64,000 nucleotides of DNA from Macrostomum hystrix (GCA_950097015.1 CATNEN010000037.1:2790001-2854000), one strand, 5' to 3'. Shown: positions 1-14,982, counted from the first letter of the stretch. Notes: generated by a model not told the origin, from the sequence alone. Numbers and translations: made by a program.

Positions 1-134
1 TTCTTAGGTCATGAAATCAAATGGCTTTCGATTTACAGGTTAAATTCAATCCAAAGTAAGCTTGCTAAGTTGCTAGCTTTTCTAAATTTTAAGTTTTAAC
101 TTTGTTTTTTCTCAAATCCTAAGATTGGTTTGGT

Positions 135-420
135 CTGTCCCCTTTTCCCATTTCCCCAAATCCTCAGATAAGTCTGTCCCCTTCTCCCATTTCCCCAAAT
201 CCTCAGATAAGTCTGTCCCCTTCTCCCATTTCCCCAAATCCTCAGATAAGTCTGTCCCCTTCTCCCATTTCCCCAAATACTCAGATAAGTCTGTCCCCTT
301 CTCCCATTTCCCCAAATCCTCAGATAAGTCTGTCCCCTTCTACCATTTCCCCAAATCCTCAGATAAGTCTGTCCCCTTCTCCCATTTCCCCAAATACTCA
401 GATAAGTCTGTCCCCTTCTC
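135..420. repeat. 39-bp minisatellite (AGATAAGTCTGTCCCCTTCTCCCATTTCCCCAAATCCTC), ~7 copies
   Basis: Direct tandem repetition; 13-aa periodicity in the ORF track. Confidence 0.95.
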
Positions 421-805
421 TTATGTCTGTAGCTCAGCAGTTTTTTCGGTCCCCTTCTCACCTTCTGTAAATTAGGTGTGAGGGAACTAATTTCCTGGCA
501 TCTGTTTCTTGGATTTTGAAAGTATCAGTTTTTAACGTAGGGCAGGTCCTTTTTAGGTAAGAACTTGTGTGATCAGAGGGTCAACACGACCCTTTTATCT
601 GGGTTGAATCTCTGAAGCCTTAAGTCACTTTGAATTTCCTGATACAAAACTGTAGCCAAGTAATTAATTAAGCCGGTTTGGACTCAACCAGGTGATGAAG
701 CCGACTGTTGCTTGACAATTAAACAAATGATCTCTTTCGATGAACTGAAAGGCGGAAGAAATTCTGGTTGGAATTCGAAAACAAAGCTTCGTGAACTGAT
801 CTTCG

Positions 806-3800
806 AGCTACATTCCTTCCAGCTACATTCCTTCCAGCTACATTCCTTCCAGCTACATTCCTTCCAGCTACATTCCTTCCAGCTACTTTCCTTCCAGCTA
901 CATTCCTTCCAGCTACATTTCTTCCAGCTACATTTCTTCCAGCTACATTCCTTCCAGCTACATTCCTTCCAGCTACATTCCTTCCAGCTACATTCCTTCC
1001 AGCTACATTCCTTCCAGCTACATTCCTTCCAGCTACTTTCCTTCCAGCTACATTCCTTCCAGCTACATTTCTTCCAGCTACATTTCTTCCAGCTACATTC
1101 CTTCCAGCTACATTCCTTCCAGCTACATTCCTTCCAGCTACATTTCTTCCAGCTACATTCCTTCCAGCTACATTCCTTCCAGCTACTTTCCTTCCAGCTA
1201 CATTCCTTGCAGCTACATTCCTTCCAGCTACTTTCCTTCCAGCTACATTCCTTCCAGCTACATTCCTTCCAGCTACATTCCTTCCAGCTACTCTCCTTCC
1301 AGCTACATTCCTTCCAGCTACATTTCTTCCAGCTACATTTCTTCCAGCTACATTCCTTCCAGCTACATTCCTTCCAGCTACTTTCCTTCCAGCTACATTC
1401 CTTGCAGCTACATTCCTTCCAGCTACATTCCTTCCAGCTACTTTCCTTCCAGCTACATTCCTTGCAGCTACATTCCTTCCAGCTACTTTCCTTCCAGCTA
1501 CATTCCTTGCAGCTACATTCCTTCCAGCTACATTCCTTCCAGCTACATTCCTTCCAGCTACATTCCTTCCAGCTACTTTCCTTCCAGCTACATTCCTTGC
1601 AGCTACATTCCTTCCAGCTACATTCCTTCCAGCTACTTTCCTTCCAGCTACATTCCTTCCAGCTACATTCCTTCCAGCTACTTTCCTTCCAGCTACATTC
1701 CTTGCAGCTACATTCCTTCCAGCTACATTCCTTCCAGCTACATTCCTTCCAGCTACATTCCTACCAGCTACATTCCTTCCAGCTACATTCCTTCCAGCTA
1801 CATTCCTTCCAGCTACTTTCCTTCTAGCTACATTCCTTGCAGCTACATTCCTTCCAGCTACATTCCTTCCAGCTACTTTCCTTCCAGCTACATTCCTTGC
1901 AGCTACATTCCTTCCAGCTACTTTCCTTCCAGCTACATTCCTTCCAGCTACATTCCTTCCAGCTACATTCCTTCCAGCTACTCTCCTTCCAGCTACATTC
2001 CTTCCAGCTACATTTCTTCCAGCTACATTTCTTCCAGCTACATTCCTTCCAGCTACATTCCTTCCAGCTACTTTCCTTCCAGCTACATTCCTTGCAGCTA
2101 CATTCCTTCCAGCTACATTCCTTCCAGCTACTTTCCTTCCAGCTACATTCCTTCCAGCTACATTCCTTCCAGCTACTTTCCTTCCAGCTACATTCCTTGC
2201 AGCTACATTCCTTCCAGCTACATTCCTTCCAGCTACTTTCCTTCCAGCTACATTCCTTCCAGCTACATTCCTTCCAGCTACTTTCCTTCCAGCTACATTC
2301 CTTCCAGCTACATTCCTTCCAGCTACATTCCTTCCAGCTACATTCCTTCCAGCTACATTCCTTCCAGCTACATTCCTTCCAGCAACATTCCTTCCAGCTA
2401 CATTCCTTCCAGCTACTTTCCTTCCAGCTACATTCCTTGCAGCTACATTCCTTCCAGCTACATTCCTTCCAGCTACTTTCCTTCCAGCTACATTCCTTGC
2501 AGCTACATTCCTTCCAGCTACTTTCCTTCCAGCTACATTCCTTCCAGCTACATTCCTTCCAGCTACATTCCTTCCAGCTACTTTCCTTCCAGCTACATTC
2601 CTTCCAGCTACATTTCTTCCAGCTACATTCCTTCCAGCTACATTCCTTCCAGCTACATTCCTTCCAGCTACATTCCTTGCAGCTACATTCCTTCCAGCTA
2701 CATTCCTGCCAGCTACTTTCCTTCCAGCTACTTTCCTTCCAGCTACATTCCTTCCAGCTACATTTCTTCCAGCTACATTTCTTCCAGCTACATTCCTTCC
2801 AGCTACATTCCTTCCAGCTACATTCCTTCCAGCTACATTCCTTCCAGCTACATTCCTTCCAGCTACATTCCTTCCAGCTACTTTCCTTCCAGCTACATTC
2901 CTTGCAGCTACATTCCTTCCAGCTACATTCCTTCCAGCTACATTCCTTCCAGCTACATTCCTTCCAGCTACATTTCTTCCAGCTACATTCCTTCCAGCTA
3001 CATTCCTTCCAGCTACATTCCTTCCAGCTACATTCCTTGCAGCTACATTCCTTCCAGCTACATTCCTTCCAGCTACTTTCCTTCCAGCTACATTCCTTCC
3101 AGCTACATTCCTTCCAGCTACTTTCCTTCCAGCTACATTCCTTCCAGCTACTTTCCTTCCAGCTACTTTCCTTCCAGCTACATTCCTTCCAGCTACATTC
3201 CTTCCAGCTACATTCCTTCCAGCTACATTCCTTCCAGCTACTTTCCTTCCAGCTACATTCCTTCCAGCTACATTCCTTCCAGCTACTTTCCTTCCAGCTA
3301 CATTCCTTGCAGCTACATTCCTTCCAGCTACTTTCCTTCCAGCTACATTCCTTCCAGCTACATTCCTTCTAGCTACATTTCTTCCAGCTACATTCCTTCC
3401 AGCTACATTCCTTCCAGCTACATTCCTTCCAGCTACATTCCTTCCAGCTACATTCCTTTCAGCTACATTCCTTCCAGCTACATTCCTTCCAGCTACTTTC
3501 CTTCCAGCTACATTCTTTCCAGCTCCATTCCTTCCAGCTACTTTCCTTCCAGCTACATTCCTTCCAGCTACATTCCTTCCAGCTACTTTCCTTCCAGCTA
3601 CATTTCTTCCAGCTACATTCCTTCCAGCTACTTTCCTTCCAGCTACATTCCTTCCAGCTACATTTCTTCCAGCTACATTCCTTCCAGCTACATTCCTTCC
3701 AGCTACATTCCTTCCAGCTACATTCCTTCCAGCTACATTCCTTCCAGCTACATTCCTTCCAGCTACTTTCCTTCCAGCTACATTCCTTGCAGCTACATTC

Positions 3801-6800
3801 CTTCCAGCTACATTCCTTCCAGCTACTTTCCTTCCAGCTACATTCCTTGCAGCTACATTCCTTCCAGCTACTTTCCTTCCAGCTACATTCCTTCCAGCTA
3901 CATTCCTTCCAGCTACATTCCTTCCAGCAACATTCCTTCCAGCTAATTTCCTTCCAGCTACATTTCTTCCAGCTACATTTCTTCCAGCTACATTCCTTCC
4001 AGCTACATTCCTTCCAGCTACATTTCTTCCAGCTACATTCCTTCCAGCTACATTCCTTCCAGCTACATTCCTTCCAGCTACATTCCTTGCAGCTACATTC
4101 CTTGCAGCTACATTCCTTCCAGCTACTTTCCTTCCAGCTACATTCCTTCCAGCTACATTCCTTGCAGCAACATTCCTTCCAGCTCCATTCCTTCCAGCTA
4201 CTTTCCTTCAAGCTACTTTCCTTCCAGCTACATTCCTTCCAGCTACTTTCCTTCCAGCTACTTTCCTTCCAGCTACATTCCTTCAAGTTCCATTCCTTCC
4301 AGCTACTTTCCTTCCAGCTACTTTCCTTCCAGCTACTTTCCTTCCAGCTACTTTCCTTCCAGCTACTTTCCTTCCAGCTACATTCCTTCCAGCTACTTTC
4401 CTTCCAGCTACATTCCTTGCAGCAACATTCCTTCCAGCTCCATTCCTTCCAGCTACTTTCCTTCCAGCTACTGTCCTTCCAGCTACATTCCTTCCAGCTA
4501 CATTCCTTCCAGCTACATTCCTTCCAGCTACTTTCCTTCCAGCTACATTCCTTCCAGCTACATTTCTTCCAGCTACATTCCTTCCAGCTACTTTCCTTCC
4601 AGCTACATTCCTTCCAGCTACATTCCTTCCAGCTACATTTCTTCCAGCTACATTTCTTCCAGCTACATTCCTTCCAGCTACATTCCTTCCAGCTACATTC
4701 CTTCCAGCTACATTCCTTCCAGCTACATTCCTTCCAGCTACATTCCTTCCAGCTACTTTCCTTCCAGCTACATTCCTTCCAGCTACATTCCTTCCAGCTA
4801 CATTCCTTCCAGCAACATTCCTTCCAGCTACATTCCTTTCAGCTACATTCCTTCCAGCTACATTTCTTCCAGCTACATTCCTTCCAGCTACATTCCTTCC
4901 AGCTACATTCCTTCCAGCTACATTCCTTCCAGCTACATTCCTTCCAGCTACTTTCCTTCCAGCTACATTCCTTCCAGCTACATTTCTTCCAGCTACATTC
5001 CTTCCAGCTACTTTCCTTCCAGCTACATTCCTTCCAGCTACATTTCTTCCAGCTACATTTCTTCCAGCTACATTCCTTCCAGCTACATTCCTTCCAGCTA
5101 CATTCCTTCCAGCTACATTCCTTCCAGCTACTTTCCTTCCAGCTACATTCCTTGCAGCTACATTCCTTCCAGCTACTTTCCTTCCAGCTACATTCCTTCC
5201 AGCTACATTCCTTCCAGCTACATTTCTTCCAGCTACATTCCTTCCAGCTACATTCCTTCCAGCTACATTCCTTCCAGCTACATTCCTTCCAGCTACATTC
5301 CTTCCAGCTACATTCCTTTCAGCTACATTCCTTCCAGCTACATTCCTTCCAGCTACTTTCCTTCCAGCTACATTCTTTCCAGCTCCATTCCTTCCAGCTA
5401 CTTTCCTTCCAGCTACATTCCTTCCAGCTACATTCCTTCCAGCTACTTTCCTTCCAGCTACATTTCTTCCAGCTACATTCCTTCCAGCTACATTCCTTCC
5501 AGCTACTTTCCTTCCAGCTACATTCCTTGCAGCTACATTCCTTCCAGCTACATTCCTTCCAGCTACATTCCTTCCAGCTACATTCCTTCCAGCTACATTC
5601 CTTCCAGCTACATTCCTTCCAGCTACATTTCTTCCAGCTACATTCCTTGCAGCTACATTCCTTCCAGCTACATTCCTTCCAGCTACTTTCCTTCCAGCTA
5701 CATTCCTTGCAGCTACATTCCTTCCAGCTACTTTCCTTCCAGCTACATTCCTTCCAGCTACATTCCTTCCAGCTACATTCCTTCCAGCAACATTCCTTCC
5801 AGCTAATTTCCTTCCAGCTACATTTCTTCCAGCTACATTTCTTCCAGCTACATTCCTTCCAGCTACATTCCTTCCAGCTACATTCCTTCCAGCTACATTC
5901 CTTGCAGCTACATTCCTTCCAGCTACATTCCTTCCAGCTACTTTCCTTCCAGCTACATTCCTTCCAGCTACATTTCTTCCAGCAACATTCCTTCCAGCTA
6001 CTTTCCTTCCAGCTACATTCCTTCCAGCTACATTTCTTCCAGCTACATTTCTTCCAGCTACATTCCTTCCAGCTACATTCCTTCCAGCTACATTCCTTCC
6101 AGCTACTTTCCTTCCAGCTACATTCCTTCCAGCTACATTTCTTCCAGCTACATTTCTTCCAGCTACATTCCTTCCAGCTACATTCCTTCCAGCTACATTC
6201 CTTCCAGCTACATTCCTTCCAGCTACATTCCTTCCAGCTACATTCCTTCCAGCTACTTTCCTTCCAGCTACATTCCTTGCAGCTACATTCCTTCCAGCTA
6301 CTTTCCTTCCAGCTACATTCCTTCCAGCTACATTCCTTCCAGCTACATTTCTTCCAGCTACATTCCTTCCAGCTACATTCCTTCCAGCTACATTCCTTCC
6401 AGCTACATTCCTTGCAGCTACATTCCTTCCAGCTACATTCCTTCCAGCTACATTCCTTCCAGCTACATTCCTTCCAGCTACATTCCTTGCAGCAACATTC
6501 CTTCCAGCTTCATTCCTTCCAGCTACTTTCCTTCAAGCTACTGTCCTTCCAGCTACTTTCCTTCCAGCTACATTCCTTCCAGCTACATTCCTTCAAGCTC
6601 CATTCCTTCCAGCTACATTCCTTGCAGCTACATTCCTTCCAGCTACATTCCTTCCAGCTACATTCCTTCCAGCTACATTCCTTCCAGCTACATTCCTTGC
6701 AGCAACATTCCTTCCAGCTCCATTCCTTCCAGCTACTTTCCTTCAAGCTACTGTCCTTCCAGCTACTTTCCTTCCAGCTACTTTCCTTCCAGCTACATTC

Positions 6801-9800
6801 CTTCCAGCTACATTTCTTCCAGCTACATTTCTTCCAGCTACATTCCTTCCAGCTACATTCCTTCCAGCTACATTCCTTCCAGCTACATTCCTTCCAGCTA
6901 CATTCCTTCCAGCTACATTCCTTCCAGCTACATTCCTTCCAGCTACATTCCTTCCAGCTACTTTCCTTCCAGCTACATTCCTTCCAGCTACATTCCTTCC
7001 AGCTACTTTCCTTCCAGCTACATTCCTTCCAGCTACATTCCTTCCAGCTACTTTCCTTCCAGCTACATTCCTTGCAGCTACATTCCTTCCAGCTACTTTC
7101 CTTCCAGCTACATTCCTTCCAGCTACATTCCTTCTAGCTACATTTCTTCCAGCTACATTCCTTCCAGCTACATTCCTTACAGCTACATTCCTTCCAGCTA
7201 CATTCCTTCCAGCTACATTCCTTTCAGCTACATTCCTTCCAGCTACATTCCTTCCAGCTACTTTCCTTCCAGCTACATTCTTTCCAGCTCCATTCCTTCC
7301 AGCTACTTTCCTTCCAGCTACATTCCTTCCAGCTACATTCCTTCCAGCTACTTTCCTTCCAGCTACATTTCTTCCAGCTACATTCCTTCCAGCTACTTTC
7401 CTTCCAGCTACATTCCTTCCAGCTACATTTCTTCCAGCTACATTCCTTCCAGCTACATTCCTTCCAGCTACATTCCTTCCAGCTACATTCCTTCCAGCTA
7501 CATTCCTTCCAGCTACATTCCTTCCAGCTACTTTCCTTCCAGCTACATTCCTTGCAGCTACATTCCTTCCAGCTACATTCCTTCCAGCTACATTCCTTCC
7601 AGCTACATTCCTTGCAGCTACATTCCTTCCAGCTACTTTCCTTCCAGCTACATTCCTTCCAGCTACATTCCTTCCAGCTACATTCCTTCCAGCAACATTC
7701 CTTCCAGCTAATTTCCTTTCAGCTACATTTCTTCCAGCTACATTCCTTCCAGCTACATTCCTTCCAGCTACATTTCTTCCAGCTACATTCCTTCCAGCTA
7801 CATTCCTTCCAGCTACATTCCTTCCAGCTACATTCCTTGCAGCTACATTCCTTCCAGCTACATTCCTTCCAGCTACATTCCTTCCAGCTACATTCCTTCC
7901 AGCTACATTCCTTGCAGCAACATTCCTTCCAGCTCCATTCCTTCCAGCTACTTTCCTTCAAGCTACTGTCCTTCCAGCTACTTTCCTTCCAGCTACTTTC
8001 CTTCCAGCTACATTCCTTCAAGTTCCATTCCTTCCAGCTACTTTCCTTCCAGCTACTTTCCTTCCAGCTACTTTCCTTCCAGCTACTTTCCTTCCAGCTA
8101 CTTTCCTTCCAGCTACATTCCTTCCAGCTACTTTCCTTCCAGCTACATTCCTTGCAGCAACATTCCTTCCAGCTCCATTCCTTCCAGCTACTTTCCTTCC
8201 AGCTACTGTCCTTCCAGCTACATTCCTTCCAGCTACATTCCTTCCAGCTACATTCCTTCCAGCTACTTTCCTTCCAGCTACATTCCTTCCAGCTACATTT
8301 CTTCCAGCTACATTCCTTCCAGCTACTTTCCTTCCAGCTACATTCCTTCCAGCTACATTCCTTCCAGCTACATTTCTTCCAGCTACATTTCTTCCAGCTA
8401 CATTCCTTCCAGCTACATTCCTTCCAGCTACATTCCTTCCAGCTACATTCCTTCCAGCTACATTCCTTCCAGCTACATTCCTTCCAGCTACTTTCCTTCC
8501 AGCTACATTCCTTCCAGCTACATTCCTTCCAGCTACATTCCTTCCAGCAACATTCCTTCCAGCTACATTCCTTTCAGCTACATTCCTTCCAGCTACATTT
8601 CTTCCAGCTACATTCCTTCCAGCTACATTCCTTCCAGCTACATTCCTTCCAGCTACATTCCTTCCAGCTACATTCCTTCCAGCTACTTTCCTTCCAGCTA
8701 CATTCCTTCCAGCTACATTTCTTCCAGCTACATTCCTTCCAGCTACTTTCCTTCCAGCTACATTCCTTCCAGCTACATTTCTTCCAGCTACATTTCTTCC
8801 AGCCACATTCCTTCCAGCTACATTCCTTCCAGCTACATTCCTTCCAGCTACATTCCTTCCAGCTACTTTCCTTCCAGCTACATTCCTTGCAGCTACATTC
8901 CTTCCAGCTACTTTCCTTCCAGCTACATTCCTTCCAGCTACATTCCTTCCAGCTACATTTCTTCCAGCTACATTCCTTCCAGCTACATTCCTTCCAGCTA
9001 CATTCCTTCCAGCTACATTCCTTCCAGCTACATTCCTTCCAGCTACATTCCTTTCAGCTACATTCCTTCCAGCTACATTCCTTCCAGCTACTTTCCTTCC
9101 AGCTACATTCTTTCCAGCTCCATTCCTTCCAGCTACTTTCCTTCCAGCTACATTCCTTCCAGCTACATTCCTTCCAGCTACTTTCCTTCCAGCTACATTT
9201 CTTCCAGCTACATTCCTTCCAGCTACATTCCTTCCAGCTACTTTCCTTCCAGCTACATTCCTTGCAGCTACATTCCTTCCAGCTACATTCCTTCCAGCTA
9301 CATTCCTTCCAGCTACATTCCTTCCAGCTACATTCCTTCCAGCTACATTCCTTCCAGCTACATTTCTTCCAGCTACATTCCTTGCAGCTACATTCCTTCC
9401 AGCTACATTCCTTCCAGCTACTTTCCTTCCAGCTACATTCCTTGCAGCTACATTCCTTCCAGCTACTTTCCTTCCAGCTACATTCCTTCCAGCTACATTC
9501 CTTCCAGCTACATTCCTTCCAGCAACATTCCTTCCAGCTAATTTCCTTCCAGCTACATTTCTTCCAGCTACATTTCTTCCAGCTACATTCCTTCCAGCTA
9601 CATTCCTTCCAGCTACATTCCTTCCAGCTACATTCCTTGCAGCTACATTCCTTCCAGCTACATTCCTTCCAGCTACTTTCCTTCCAGCTACATTCCTTCC
9701 AGCTACATTTCTTCCAGCTACATTCCTTCCAGCTACTTTCCTTCCAGCTACATTCCTTCCAGCTACATTTCTTCCAGCTACATTTCTTCCAGCCACATTC

Positions 9801-12800
9801 CTTCCAGCTACATTCCTTCCAGCTACATTCCTTCCAGCTACATTCCTTCCAGCTACTTTCCTTCCAGCTACATTCCTTGCAGCTACATTCCTTCCAGCTA
9901 CATTCCTTCCAGCTACATTCCTTCCAGCTACATTCCTTCCAGCTACATTTCTTCCAGCTACATTCCTTCCAGCTACATTCCTTCCAGCTACATTCCTTCC
10001 AGCTACATTCCTTCCAGCTACATTCCTTCCAGCTACATTCCTTTCAGCTACATTCCTTCCAGCTACATTCCTTCCAGCTACTTTCCTTCCAGCTACATTC
10101 TTTCCAGCTCCATTCCTTCCAGCTACTTTCCTTCCAGCTACATTCCTTCCAGCTACATTCCTTCCAGCTACTTTCCTTCCAGCTACATTTCTTCCAGCTA
10201 CATTCCTTCCAGCTACATTCCTTCCAGCTACTTTCCTTCCAGCTACATTCCTTGCAGCTACATTCCTTCCAGCTACATTCCTTCCAGCTACATTCCTTCC
10301 AGCTACATTCCTTCCAGCTACATTCCTTCCAGCTACATTCCTTCCAGCTACATTTCTTCCAGCTACATTCCTTGCAGCTACATTCCTTCCAGCTACATTC
10401 CTTCCAGCTACTTTCCTTCCAGCTACATTCCTTGCAGCTACATTCCTTCCAGCTACTTTCCTTCCAGCTACATTCCTTCCAGCTACATTCCTTCCAGCTA
10501 CATTCCTTCCAGCAACATTCCTTCCAGCTAATTTCCTTCCAGCTACATTTCTTCCAGCTACATTTCTTCCAGCTACATTCCTTCCAGCTACATTCCTTCC
10601 AGCTACATTCCTTCCAGCTACATTCCTTGCAGCTACATTCCTTCCAGCTACATTCCTTCCAGCTACTTTCCTTCCAGCTACATTCCTTCCAGCTACATTT
10701 CTTCCAGCTACATTCCTTCCAGCTACTTTCCTTCCAGCTACATTCCTTCCAGCTACATTTCTTCCAGCTACATTTCTTCCAGCTACATTCCTTCCAGCTA
10801 CATTCCTTGCAGCTACATTCCTTCCAGCTACTTTCCTTCCAGCTACATTCCTTCCAGCTACATTCCTTCCAGCTACATTCCTTCCAGCAACATTCCTTCC
10901 AGCTAATTTCCTTTCAGCTACATTTCTTCCAGCTACATTCCTTCCAGCTACATTCCTTCCAGCTACATTTCTTCCAGCTACATTCCTTCCAGCTACATTC
11001 CTTCCAGCTACATTCCTTCCAGCTACATTCCTTGCAGCTACATTCCTTCCAGCTACATTCCTTCCAGCTACATTCCTTCCAGCTACATTCCTTCCAGCTA
11101 CATTCCTTGCAGCAACATTCCTTCCAGCTCCATTCCTTCCAGCTACTTTCCTTCAAGCTACTGTCCTTCCAGCTACTTTCCTTCCAGCTACTTTCCTTCC
11201 AGCTACATTCCTTCAAGTTCCATTCCTTCCAGCTACTTTCCTTCCAGCTACTTTCCTTCCAGCTACTTTCCTTCCAGCTACTTTCCTTCCAGCTACTTTC
11301 CTTCCAGCTACATTCCTTCCAGCTACTTTCCTTCCAGCTACATTCCTTGCAGCAACATTCCTTCCAGCTCCATTCCTTCCAGCTACTTTCCTTCCAGCTA
11401 CTGTCCTTCCAGCTACATTCCTTCCAGCTACATTCCTTCCAGCTACATTCCTTCCAGCTACTTTCCTTCCAGCTACATTCCTTCCAGCTACATTTCTTCC
11501 AGCTACATTCCTTCCAGCTACTTTCCTTCCAGCTACATTCCTTCCAGCTACATTCCTTCCAGCTACATTTCTTCCAGCTACATTTCTTCCAGCTACATTC
11601 CTTCCAGCTACATTCCTTCCAGCTACATTCCTTCCAGCTACATTCCTTCCAGCTACATTCCTTCCAGCTACATTCCTTCCAGCTACTTTCCTTCCAGCTA
11701 CATTCCTTCCAGCTACATTCCTTCCAGCTACATTCCTTCCAGCAACATTCCTTCCAGCTACATTCCTTTCAGCTACATTCCTTCCAGCTACATTTCTTCC
11801 AGCTACATTCCTTCCAGCTACATTCCTTCCAGCTACATTCCTTCCAGCTACATTCCTTCCAGCTACATTCCTTCCAGCTACTTTCCTTCCAGCTACATTC
11901 CTTCCAGCTACATTTCTTCCAGCTACATTCCTTCCAGCTACTTTCCTTCCAGCTACATTCCTTCCAGCTACATTTCTTCCAGCTACATTTCTTCCAGCCA
12001 CATTCCTTCCAGCTACATTCCTTCCAGCTACATTCCTTCCAGCTACATTCCTTCCAGCTACTTTCCTTCCAGCTACATTCCTTGCAGCTACATTCCTTCC
12101 AGCTACTTTCCTTCCAGCTACATTCCTTCCAGCTACATTCCTTCCAGCTACATTTCTTCCAGCTACATTCCTTCCAGCTACATTCCTTCCAGCTACATTC
12201 CTTCCAGCTACATTCCTTCCAGCTACATTCCTTCCAGCTACATTCCTTTCAGCTACATTCCTTCCAGCTACATTCCTTCCAGCTACTTTCCTTCCAGCTA
12301 CATTCTTTCCAGCTCCATTCCTTCCAGCTACTTTCCTTCCAGCTACATTCCTTCCAGCTACATTCCTTCCAGCTACTTTCCTTCCAGCTACATTTCTTCC
12401 AGCTACATTCCTTCCAGCTACATTCCTTCCAGCTACTTTCCTTCCAGCTACATTCCTTGCAGCTACATTCCTTCCAGCTACATTCCTTCCAGCTACATTC
12501 CTTCCAGCTACATTCCTTCCAGCTACATTCCTTCCAGCTACATTCCTTCCAGCTACATTTCTTCCAGCTACATTCCTTGCAGCTACATTCCTTCCAGCTA
12601 CATTCCTTCCAGCTACTTTCCTTCCAGCTACATTCCTTGCAGCTACATTCCTTCCAGCTACTTTCCTTCCAGCTACATTCCTTCCAGCTACATTCCTTCC
12701 AGCTACATTCCTTCCAGCAACATTCCTTCCAGCTAATTTCCTTCCAGCTACATTTCTTCCAGCTACATTTCTTCCAGCTACATTCCTTCCAGCTACATTC

Positions 12801-14080
12801 CTTCCAGCTACATTCCTTCCAGCTACATTCCTTGCAGCTACATTCCTTCCAGCTACATTCCTTCCAGCTACTTTCCTTCCAGCTACATTCCTTCCAGCTA
12901 CATTTCTTCCAGCTACATTCCTTCCAGCTACTTTCCTTCCAGCTACATTCCTTCCAGCTACATTTCTTCCAGCTACATTTCTTCCAGCTACATTCCTTCC
13001 AGCTACATTCCTTCCAGCTACATTCCTTTCAGCTACTTTCCTTCCAGCTACATTCCTTCCAGCTACATTTCTTCCAGCTACATTTCTTCCAGCTACATTC
13101 CTTCCAGCTACATTCCTTCCAGCTACATTCCTTCCAGCTACATTCCTTCCAGCTACATTCCTTCCAGCTACATTCCTTCCAGCTACTTTCCTTCCAGCTA
13201 CATTCCTTGCAGCTACATTCCTTCCAGCTACTTTCCTTCCAGCTACATTCCTTCCAGCTACATTCCTTCCAGCTACATTTCTTCCAGCTACATTCCTTCC
13301 AGCTACATTCCTTCCAGCTACATTCCTTCCAGCTACATTCCTTGCAGCTACATTCCTTCCAGCTACATTCCTTCCAGCTACATTCCTTCCAGCTACATTC
13401 CTTCCAGCTACATTCCTTGCAGCAACATTCCTTCCAGCTTCATTCCTTCCAGCTACTTTCCTTCAAGCTACTGTCCTTCCAGCTACTTTCCTTCCAGCTA
13501 CTTTCCTTCCAGCTACATTCCTTCAAGCTCCATTCCTTCCAGCTACATTCCTTGCAGCTACATTCCTTCCAGCTACATTCCTTCCAGCTACATTCCTTCC
13601 AGCTACATTCCTTCCAGCTACATTCCTTGCAGCAACATTCCTTCCAGCTCCATTCCTTCCAGCTACTTTCCTTCAAGCTTCTGTCCTTCCAGCTACTTTC
13701 CTTCCAGCTACTTTCCTTCCAGCTACATTCCTTCAAGCTCCATTCCTTCCAGCTACTTTCCTTCCAGCTACTTTCCTTCCAGCTACTTTCCTTCCAGCTA
13801 CTTTCCTTCCAGCTACATTCCTTCCAGCTACATTCCTTCCAGCTACATTCCTTGCAGCAACATTCCCTCCAGCTACATTCCTTCCAGCTACTTTCCTTCC
13901 AGCTACTTTCCTTCCAGCTACATTCCTTCCAGCTACATTCCTTCCAGCTACATTCCTTGCAGCTACATTTCTTCCAGCTACATTTCTTCCAGCTACATTC
14001 CTTCCAGCTACATTCCTTCCAGCTACATTCCTTCCAGCTACATTCCTTCCAGCTACATTCCTTCCAGCTACATTCCTTCC
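806..14080. repeat. 15-bp satellite (CAGCTACATTCCTTC)n, ~885 units, with higher-order repeats
   Basis: 13,275 bp of 15-mers in constant register; diagnostic variants recur at 1830-1905, 990, 3195 and 3735 bp spacings. Confidence 0.99.
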
Positions 14081-14982
14081 ATTAGCATTCCTTGAGAACT
14101 GTTCGTAGCTAGTCCTCTGTACAGCTCAATATTGTTTCGTCACAAGCTTTCAGTGTCGTTAATGCAGCTGTTGCAAAAGAGTATTGTAACTATAACAATT
14201 ATATTTTTTATTACCTACAGTTTGTTAGTCGAGTAAGAGCATAAAAATGCATTGTCACGCCTTCGATGTGATCAATAGCATATTGGCCAGTTTTCTCTCC
14301 ACAGCACATAGCATGAGAAACTCATGTCAGAATCAGAATTAAACGCAATTTACCCAGCTAAATGACTATCCAGGTGAGCACGCAACAATCATCATCTTTG
14401 TGTAGGCTTTTCCCACAGTCCAACCACCCCCCTTGGTCGCCTAATAGACACCTGACACAGTGTTGTGTCAGGTGACACCAGCGAACACGCCAACCTCCTC
14501 GCCTCAAAGCCGCGGTATCACTGAATGCCTTACAGGTGAGAGAAAGTGATACAGATATCATTATATACACTTGTGCAAGCGAATTAGGTGGGAATGAATT
14601 CATGTTAATAGACAGGGGTGTGGCGCTTGATCGCCGATAATTAATTGGGAGGCGGTCTCAGTGGTAGGGCTGCAGGAAATCTAATCTGTCGGCGAGGTCT
14701 CCTCCATGCAGTCAGTTTGTGTCTGGTATCCCATTACAACTTGGTCTGGGGCGCATCGCTAACTCATCGCAGACACCAACCCCAACCTCCCAATGTCCAT
14801 AACTATCCATAAAGCCCAATGCTGAGAGTTGAGTTACACCAAATTACCGGCCCACTCACTGGCTTATCTACATTTTATAGATACATGTCTATTTGCCTTG
14901 TATGCCCCTTTGTGTTTGCTCATGTCTGCTAGCATTTCTCAGGCACATTAGAGCTCTCCTGCATCCTGCCCCTTCTTGCTTT

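Noticed and set aside
712-14085. Very long (LHSFQ)n, (KECSW)n and (GRNVA)n ORFs as proteins
   Set aside because: They are the automatic result of a stop-free 15-bp unit, are open on both strands, and contain recurrent in-frame TAG variants.
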